Origin: an uncultured Bacilli bacterium
Lineage (GTDB): Bacteria > Bacillota_I > Bacilli_A > RF39 > UBA660
DNA length: 38,813 nt
Direction of reading: 5' to 3'
Assembly (NCBI GenBank): GCA_949280095.1
Contig: CASDHD010000001.1
Coordinates: 1 to 38,813, forward strand
In this document: positions 7,236 to 16,500 of the stretch, piece after piece
How the letters are laid out: the number at the start of each line of letters is the position of its first letter
How positions within the stretch are numbered: the first letter of the stretch is position 1
Notes under the pieces: model-generated
Database searches by the model: none
What the model saw: only the letters and a program-made list of their open reading frames with translations
Told to the model about the DNA's origin: nothing
Made by a program: the position numbers and the translations under genes

Positions 7236-9600
7236 TTTAGAGTGGGTAAGTGATTACGTAGATATTACAAATGAAGATTTACAAGAGTTAGCAGTAAAAA
7301 TTACGAAAGCGGGAATTAATGTTGAAAAAGTCATTACGAATCATATTGACCATTTAGTAGTTGGAGAAGTGTTAGAATGTAGTAATCACCCTGATAGCGA
7401 CCATTTGCATGTATGTGAGGTTCGTATTAGTGATGAAGAAACTTACCAAATTGTTTGTGGGGCTTCTAATGTTCGTAAAGGAATAAAGGTGATTGTTGCC
7501 CTTCCTGGTGCCGTTTTGCCTGGAGATTTTGAAATAAAGAAAAGTAAAATACGTGGAGTAGAATCTAACGGAATGATTTGTGCACTATTTGAACTTGGTG
7601 TAGAAGAAAAAACAGAAGAGAATTACAACAAAGGAATTCATGAGTTAGAAGAAAATGCACCTGTTGGAGTAGACGCTTTAAAATATTTAGGATATGACGA
7701 TACTTTATATGAATTAGATATTCATAAACATAGAAACAACGATTGCTATTATCATATTGGTTTTGCTTATGAAATTGCTTCTATTTTGAATAAAGAAGTG
7801 ACTTTGCCTAATCGTGATTTTAAAGAAGATAGTGACTCTATCAACAATCATTTTTCTTTAAAAGTTGAAACCGAAAAATGCCCATTTTATTTAGCCAAGA
7901 TGGTAAAGAATGTAAAACTAAAAGAGTCACCTGATTTTATTAAAAAAAGACTAACTGCAGCAGGAATGCGTCCTATTAATAATGTTGTGGATATTTCGAA
8001 TTACGTTATGCTTGAATTTGGACAACCTTTACATTTTTTTGATAAAGATAAACTAGGGGATAAAATTGTTGTTCGTGATGCTAAAGAAAATGAGGAGATT
8101 ACAACTTTAGATAATAAAGAAAGAGTTTTAAATTCAAGTGATATTGTAATTACAGATGGTGAAAAACCAGTTTGTATTGCAGGAGTTATGGGTGGATTAA
8201 ATACTGATGTTGATGACTCAACACAAAATATTTTAATTGAAAGTGCTATTTTTGACGCCGTAAGTATCCGTAATACGGCTAGTCACTTAAATTTAAAAAG
8301 TGAGGCTAGTATTCGTTATGGGAAAGGTTTAAGTTATGAGTATACCGAGATGGCGATTGAAAGAGCGTGTCATTTGCTAGAGAAATATGCAGACGCAACC
8401 ATTTTAAGGGATACTGTTTCTCATGATGTGATTGATAAAACACCTAAAATAGTTACGTTTAAAGCAAGTGATGTAAATCGTATGCTTGGAATTGTTATTG
8501 ATACAAATATGATGGAAGTAGAGTTAAAACGTCTTGGTTTTTCCTATACCTTAGATAAAGATGTATTTACTGTAACCATACCTAGTAGAAGATTAGATAT
8601 TGATGCCAATATTAATGATATTGCAGAAGAAATTGGTAGACTTTATGGTTATCATAATTTAGTTTCAACATTACCTAAAGGAGTAGCACGTCGTGGAGAA
8701 TATGTTGGAGATGTTAAAATCAGGAAATTGATTAGCAAGCGTTTAAGAACGCTTGGATTAAACGAGTGTAAAACATATACGTTAACAAGTCCAGATATGG
8801 CTTCTATGTTTAAATACGATGAACGTGAAAATTTAGTGTTACCAAATGCTATGAGTGTTGATAAGAGTGTACTTCGTACAAGTTTACTTCCTTCTTTACT
8901 AAATACGTATGAATATAACAAAAAGAGAAATGTAAAAGATGTCATGCTTTATGAAATTGCCAAAACATACGATAGTAATTTTGAGGAAATGACCAAAGTA
9001 GCAATCCTTATGAAAGGAAATTATATTTTAAATGAATGGCAGAGTACAGTTGTAAAAGTGGATTTTTATTTACTAAAGGGAATTGTTGAAAATTTACTTG
9101 ATTATTTAGGATTTAAAAATCGTATTTCTTTTGTACAAGAAAGTATTGATAGTTTACATCCTGGTATTAGTGCAGGCATCTATTTAGATAGAGAAAAAAT
9201 TGGCGTAATAGGTAGAATTCATCCAAGTATGAAAAAGGAAGAAATCTATGTTTGTGAACTTTCAATGAAAGCATTATATAATGCTAATGTAAAACCGATT
9301 AAATACAAAGAAGCAAGTAAGTATCCAGAGATTACAAAAGATGTAGCCTTTATTGTGGATAACTCTATTGATAGTGAAACTATTAAAAATGTCATTAAAG
9401 CGAGTGGCAAGAGAATGCTTGATAGTGTTTCTGTATTTGATTTATATCCAAATATAGAAGAAGGAAAAAAGTCGATTGCTTATAAATTAGTATTTAAAGA
9501 TTCTACTCGTACTTTAGAAGAAGATGAGGTTATGGAAGTCTTTAATGCAATTATTAAACGTGTAGAAAGCGAATGTAATGCTGTTTTAAGAGATAAATAA
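7228..9600 (+). CDS. pheT: Phenylalanine--tRNA ligase beta subunit
   Basis: ATG 7228 follows gagaggag and overlaps the pheS stop. Contains an N-terminal tRNA-binding domain (GEVLECSNHPDSDHLHVCEV...SNGMIC) plus B3/4, B5 and FDX-ACB-like regions. Confidence 0.95.
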   Translation: MISLEWVSDYVDITNEDLQELAVKITKAGINVEKVITNHIDHLVVGEVLECSNHPDSDHLHVCEVRISDEETYQIVCGASNVRKGIKVIVALPGAVLPGDFEIKKSKIRGVESNGMICALFELGVEEKTEENYNKGIHELEENAPVGVDALKYLGYDDTLYELDIHKHRNNDCYYHIGFAYEIASILNKEVTLPNRDFKEDSDSINNHFSLKVETEKCPFYLAKMVKNVKLKESPDFIKKRLTAAGMRPINNVVDISNYVMLEFGQPLHFFDKDKLGDKIVVRDAKENEEITTLDNKERVLNSSDIVITDGEKPVCIAGVMGGLNTDVDDSTQNILIESAIFDAVSIRNTASHLNLKSEASIRYGKGLSYEYTEMAIERACHLLEKYADATILRDTVSHDVIDKTPKIVTFKASDVNRMLGIVIDTNMMEVELKRLGFSYTLDKDVFTVTIPSRRLDIDANINDIAEEIGRLYGYHNLVSTLPKGVARRGEYVGDVKIRKLISKRLRTLGLNECKTYTLTSPDMASMFKYDERENLVLPNAMSVDKSVLRTSLLPSLLNTYEYNKKRNVKDVMLYEIAKTYDSNFEEMTKVAILMKGNYILNEWQSTVVKVDFYLLKGIVENLLDYLGFKNRISFVQESIDSLHPGISAGIYLDREKIGVIGRIHPSMKKEEIYVCELSMKALYNANVKPIKYKEASKYPEITKDVAFIVDNSIDSETIKNVIKASGKRMLDSVSVFDLYPNIEEGKKSIAYKLVFKDSTRTLEEDEVMEVFNAIIKRVESECNAVLRDK

Positions 9601-9688
9601 TTGTCTCTTTTTTTTAGAGTGTCAATCTTTAATAATTTCTCTAAAGAAATGATGTATTTTTGTGTTATGATACTACTGGGTGTAAAAT

Positions 9689-10240
9689 ATGAGTGATGTA
9701 ATGGATGAAGTAATGGATATTTTAAATGAAGATGGCTCAAAAACAGGCAAATGGTCAACAAAAAGTGAGATTTACCAAAAAGGTTATTGGTATCGGGCAG
9801 TACATATTTGGATTATTAACGATAAGCATGAACTTTTAATGCAAAAGAGAAATCCATTTAAAAAGACATTTCCTAATTTATGGGCATTATCAGCAGCTGG
9901 GCACGTATTAAAAGATGAAACGAGTTTAGAAACTGGAATAAGAGAATTAAAAGAAGAGTTAGATCTTGATATAAAACCAGAACAGTTGGAATATTTGTTT
10001 ACAATAAAAAGAGAACAGCCCTATTGTGATTCTGTTTTAAGGGTATTTGATGATGTATATTTACTTCCTTGGAATGTGGATGTAGAACATACAAAATTAC
10101 AAGTAGAAGAACTAACAGATATTAAATATGTGTATTTTAAATATTTACAATCTATTTTAGAAAATAAAGACGAGGGTTATGTGCCACCATCAGAAGAACA
10201 TGAGAAATTATTTGCTATTTTAAATAGTCGCTACGAATAG
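9689..10240 (+). CDS. Nudix hydrolase
   Basis: Nudix box GHVLKDETSLETGIRELKEELDLD (GX5EX7REUXEEXGU). Confidence 0.8.
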   Translation: MSDVMDEVMDILNEDGSKTGKWSTKSEIYQKGYWYRAVHIWIINDKHELLMQKRNPFKKTFPNLWALSAAGHVLKDETSLETGIRELKEELDLDIKPEQLEYLFTIKREQPYCDSVLRVFDDVYLLPWNVDVEHTKLQVEELTDIKYVYFKYLQSILENKDEGYVPPSEEHEKLFAILNSRYE

Positions 10241-10554
10241 AAAATTATTTTTGATTTTCTATATTTTATTTGATGCCTCTCGTTTTAAAAAATTAAAGCA
10301 ATAACTGTTAGGAATGAAAGATAAAAATTTAGATATACTAATTATAGAAGACCTAGTTTAGCAGTATGTTAGGTACTTTCTCTTTAGTACTGGCTTCACA
10401 AGTCGGTACTATTTTTATTTATAGCTAAAAAATTTTTAATAAGTGAAAGAATAGAAACATATATTTTTTTAAAGACTATTGAAATTTTATGCTTTTTTTA
10501 CTAATATATTAGTATAAGATTTAATATGAGGTAGAGCAGTAAGGAGTAAAAAAT

Positions 10555-13500
10555 ATGAAAAAAAGAATAATGAATGTAATTGCCCTTTTAATGTTTTTAA
10601 TGTTTTCAGTTCAAAATGTATCAGCAAGTTCTTCTATGGATACTAATTTAACTTCTAGTAGCATAGAATTAAAATCGAATGAAACTGTCGAAGTGACATT
10701 TTCTTTTTCTAATTTTAGAGAAATAAACAAAGGGATTAATGCTTATAAAGGAACGCTAGAATATGATAAAAATATCTTTGAGGAAGTGCTTCAAAGTGAT
10801 TTTGTAAGTCAAAATAATTGGGAAGAATTAAAGTTCAATGCAGCAAATAATCAGTTTATTGCTTATCGAAAAGTAGGAACAAAAGTAGGAGAAAATGTCT
10901 TAAAGTTTACTTTAAAAGTAAAAGATAATGTAGAAGCTACTAAAACGATTGTTAAAATAAAAGATTTAACGGTTTCAGAAGGTAAAGTCGATATTTTACT
11001 AAGTGATGCTTTAGTAGAATTAAATATTGTAAAAGAGCAACAAACTATCCCAACTACTCCAACTGCTCCTAATAAACCAAATGCAGGAGGAACAATTAAC
11101 AATAGTACTAATATTTCAGGAAGTTTATCAGGAAATAAAGTAGAAACTAATACACCAACAAATCCTGATTATCCAAAAGATGATATAAAAAACGATGAAA
11201 CACAAGATGAAACATCTAGTGATAAAAATAATGGTTTTGATGTTTCAAAGGAGGAAACAACTCCGAACACAGAAGAAATCCAAGCTAAAAAAACATCACA
11301 TAAATTCACGTGGATTCTTATTCTTATTTTAGCTCAACTTCTTATTGTAATTGGGTTGTATTTGAAGTACAAATCTAAAGATAAAAATAGAACAATCAAT
11401 TTGTCTTTATGGGTTTTAGGTTTTATACTAACAGAATTTATGGGTATTACAGGTGCTTATGCTTATGATTTTTCGAAAAAAGGGGAATTAAATGGGGATT
11501 CTGAAATCAACTATGCAGATGTGAGTTTATTAGAGTTACATTTAATTAATTTAAAAACTTTAGAGGAAGATAAATTGGAAAAAGCTGACATGAATATGGA
11601 TGGAAAGCTTAACGTAACGGATTTAAGTATTTTAATTCAAAAAATTGAAAATACATTAGAGTATGATGTTGAAATAGCAAGTTTAGAACTTGATAATGCT
11701 TATCCAAATAAAATGGAAGATGTAGTCGTAAGATTTAATGCAGATGTAAGTTTTGGAGCTAATATTCAAAAAATTATAATGAATAACCAAGAATATGAAG
11801 TGGAAAAAGAACCAAATACTGCTCTTTATATGATAAAATTAAATGCTGGTGAACATCCTGGAGTAAAAGAATATACCATTACAGAAGCATTATTAGATAA
11901 TGATAAGAAGGTAAAAATTAATTATACCTTTAAAATGGACGTGTTAAAAGACAAACCAAGTATTGAAAATTATTATGTAGAAGAAAATAAAGATGATTCT
12001 AAATTAATCTTAAACTTCGATGTGATTGACTATGAAAATAGTATACAATCGGCTTATGTAGAGTTTTACGATGAAAGTCAAACTTTGATTACCCAAGAAG
12101 CAATAGTCAAAGGAAAAAATCAAATTGAGTTTTCTGTTGAAGAGGCAAAAGAATATCTTGCTAACATTATCTTGAATTATAAATTAAGTAGTTCTGAAGA
12201 AGATGATGAGCATAAAGGTGTAGAATCTTATGAAAAAGAATTACAATTATTGATTGATTATAACCTTACTATTCAAAACATAAAAACTTATAAAGGAAAT
12301 CAAGAAACAACTGTCTTTAGTAAAGAAGATAAAGTAAAACTTATATTTGAAAGTACCAATGCTACAAAACATATTCCGAAATCTATAAAAGTGGGTGGAA
12401 AAGAATATGAGGTTGTAGAAGAAAACAATCAATATGTAGCAGAACTAGATCCTTTAGCAGAATTAGGTAGTCAAACGATTGCCATTGAGGAAGTGATTCT
12501 TTCTAATGGGAAAAAAATAGAATTGAACGAAAATAATACTGTAACTATTCAAGTAAATAAAAGAAAACCAGTTGTAGAGGATTTATCAACAGCAGAATTT
12601 ACTGAAATGAACAAATTGAAAGTTATGTTCCATTTAGACGATTTGGATGAAGCAGTAACAAATGTTTATATCCAAGTGCTAGATGCTTCAGATAATGAAA
12701 TAGATCATTTGAATTTGGCTAGAAATGAACTTGGAAGTGATGGAATCGTCAATAAATTTTTCACAACAAGAATGACAACAAAGTACAAAGTAAAAGTATT
12801 TTTAACTTATAATATAACGGGAAATGATGTGGATTCTGTTACTGATGAACTTGTAAAAGAAGAAATAGTAGAAGCTGATCCAAGAGTAGAAATCAAAAGT
12901 ATAATAGCAAATAGCAAATATGTAGAAAAAGGTGGAGTTTTAAAATTAACTTTTGATTTAGATAGTAACAAAGAAGATGATATTACAAGAATACTTATTA
13001 ATAATATCGACTGTATTGCTGTAAAATTAGACAATGGAAATTATGAAGCTACATTAAATGTTGGAAATTCGAGCGGAATTTATCCACTATCCATTACAAG
13101 GTTTACTTATAGTAATGGTGATGTTGCAACAACAGACGAAACTGTTAATGTCGAAGTATTAAAAGACAAACCGCAAATTGTAAATTTTGTCCAAATAGAT
13201 AATTTAGATACAAAAGAAGTGACTTTAAGGTTTGATGTTTTGGATGAGGAAAATAGTTTCATAAGTGGAAAAGCATTATTGAATCTTGATGGAATTTCAG
13301 TAGAAAAAGACATAGTAAAAGGACATAATGAGGTTACTTTCCAAGTAGAACCATCTACTAAATACACTTTAAAAATAAATGCAACTTATGATTTAGATAG
13401 TAATACTTTACCTGGAAGTCCTGAAGAAGATAATAGAGTGATCGATGAGACTCTTACAACAAAGGAAGTTGAGTTAATTCTTGATTATGAATTAAATATT

Positions 13501-16500
13501 AGAAATATTAAAACTTATAATGAAAATGGTACAACTAAATACTTTAATAAATATGAGCCTATAATAGTAAGCTTTGAAAGTACGAACACAACAAATTTCG
13601 AACCAATAAAGGCTGTTATTAATGGTGTTCTGTATCCTTTAACTAAAAAAGACAATGCTTACTATTTAACAATAAGTAGTGAAAGAACTTATGGAGTGAA
13701 AACAGGAAGACTAGAAAAAATTATATTAAGTAACTCAAAAGAAATCATTATTTCAGAGAATAATGAATTTAGACTTACTGTTCTAAAAGATAAACCAACA
13801 GTAGAACAATTTGGTTACAAAGAAAATATAGATGCTACAATATCTGCTTCATTTAAAGTAATAGATTTAGAAAATACAATAACAGGTGGAAAAGCTATAG
13901 TCCTTAAAAATGGTACTATTGTTAAAGAACAAGCTTTAGAAAATGGTCTAAATACAATTACTTTCATGCCAGAAGAAAATCAAAATTATATAGTTAAAGT
14001 AATAGCAGATTATGACTTAGATATGAACGTATTAGAAAGTGATGCCAATGAATATCATGATGTAACTTTGCTAGAAGCCGATATTACACTTGGAGCTCGT
14101 AAGTTTGAAATGAAAGACATCATTAGAACATCTATTTATAAACAAACGGATGATGGTGTTGTTGAAATAAGCAATTTAAGTGAAAGCGACCTTTCTAATT
14201 TAGACCAATATATTGCTAAAGTATACATGAAAGAAATGCCAACATTCTATACTAAAATAAATGGTTATAGAATAGAAGATAACCAATTAATATTAACTTT
14301 AGATTATGATAATGTTGTAGAATATAATGGTGAATCTAAAGTAGATGCCTTAGAAATTGTTTATGGTGCTATAAACGATGAGGGAGTAGCTGAAAATATT
14401 ACTTTGGAAGGATTAATTCGTGCGATGGAACAAAATCCAACAGGTACGTTTACGCTAACTCGTGACTATGATGCTTCTATTATTACAAGCAATGATATTA
14501 GTTTAGTTTCATCTTTTATGGGAACCTTAAACGGAAATGGTTATACAATACATAATTTATCTAAACCTTTATTTGGCACAATCGAATCAGCCACTATTGA
14601 AAATCTTATTTTAGATAGTCCAAAACTATCTGGAGTAAATAGTAGAGGAACAATCGCCAATACGGCAATGAATTCAACTATTTATAATGTTCATATAAAA
14701 GATTTAAACTTAATTAGTGGAACCAATCGTGTCGGTGGATTAATTGGAGAAGCTACGGCAACTACGTTTGACCAAAGTAGTGTTACGAATTTCCAAATCA
14801 CAACTTCTCTTCACATAAGAGTTGGTGGAATCGTTGGAAATATGACAGGTGGAGCAATTACCAATTGTTATGTAGAAGGAGATTTAAAATCAACTCAAAA
14901 TAAAGACGGAAATGGTATTAGTGGAGTTTTAGGAACTGGTGATGGAACAGACGTAATCACAATTGAAAACTGTATTACGAAAGTAACGTATACAAATAAT
15001 GTTAGTGCAAGACTAAATGGAGATATCGTAGGATTAGCATTAAATAATAACACAATCTTAAAAAATAATGTAAGTTTATCAACAGGAACTAATTTTTATA
15101 GCGTACATGGTTCTTCTATTAATTCATTATCTACTAATAACTATGAACTTGCTGATTCTGGATTAGTAAGTAATGCAAGTGGTGCTTATGTATCTCAAGT
15201 TACCAAAGAAGAACTTACAACTGAATTCTTTAAAAATACAGCAAATTTTGATGAAAATATTTGGGATTTATCTAATGTTTCCTATGATAAACCACCTGTC
15301 TTAAAAGTTACCGAAGTAGATGGAGAAGTAATAGATGAGGAAAGTTCAAACAATAATAAACTTTATATTCCAGATTATAGTAGAATAAGTAAAATAAGTG
15401 GATATACTATTTCTAAAGATATTCTATATCATAATATAAACAAATTAATGCCTTACTATGATGCAAAATACTTAATTGAAGATGGTCTAAAAATAAGCAA
15501 TGACCACGAATTAAATTCTAAAATAATAAAACATATCTTACCATATAGTAATAATAAATTAGTAACTTATTTGACAAGTCAAAATAATAACAGTATTACA
15601 AGTATAAAAATTGTATTTGATGATCAAACTACAAGTCAATATAACGTAACATTTAAAGAATTAAAACAAGATATTTCTATTTATGAAATAGAAGGATTAG
15701 GCATAGATTATGCTTACAATAACTATGTTATAAAAGATTCTGCATCTATTGTTGATGTAATTATAGACTACATAAATAGTGTTGATTACACAACTATCCT
15801 TGACCCACTTACTACTGCTGCAGATAGTAGGTTATACAAAGACCATTATAACGAAGTAATGAAACCACTTGCAGAAACAATTGCTCTACAACTATTACAA
15901 AATGATGGCAATAGTATACTAAACATGGATAGCGAACTTTTAAATAACAAGATAAAACAAGAACTAATCGATAGTGGTAGATTAGACAAAATCTTATACG
16001 CTTACAATTACTACCATAGATGGTACCATTTTGAAATAGGTGGAGCAAAAGTATCAGATCTTCTATTCTTTGAAGGAAAAATGTACAAAGACTCTATGAC
16101 GATTGACAACTTAACAGAAGAAGTACTAACAGGAAATTTAGGAACCAACGCAACACATACATTCTTCGCAAATAGTTTAAGTAAATATACAGGAAGTTCT
16201 GCCTTAACTTATTATCTAGATGGTGTAATCAGAAATATCGGTGGATATGAAGATATAAATGACTGGTTTACAGAACATTTCTCTTCCATCGGAATTTTAG
16301 CAGAAATACCAGTGGAAAATCATCCAGAAGTAAAATACCGTGCATGGGATAGATTAAAAGGGTTTCAAAACTTTATCCTTCCGTTATCAACATTACCAAA
16401 ATATGCAGGATATATTATATCAGGACCAGCCCAATTCCAAGTGGGGGCACAAAGAGTTTACATTGCCGATCCAACAACGGCATCTGGCCAAAATACGGTA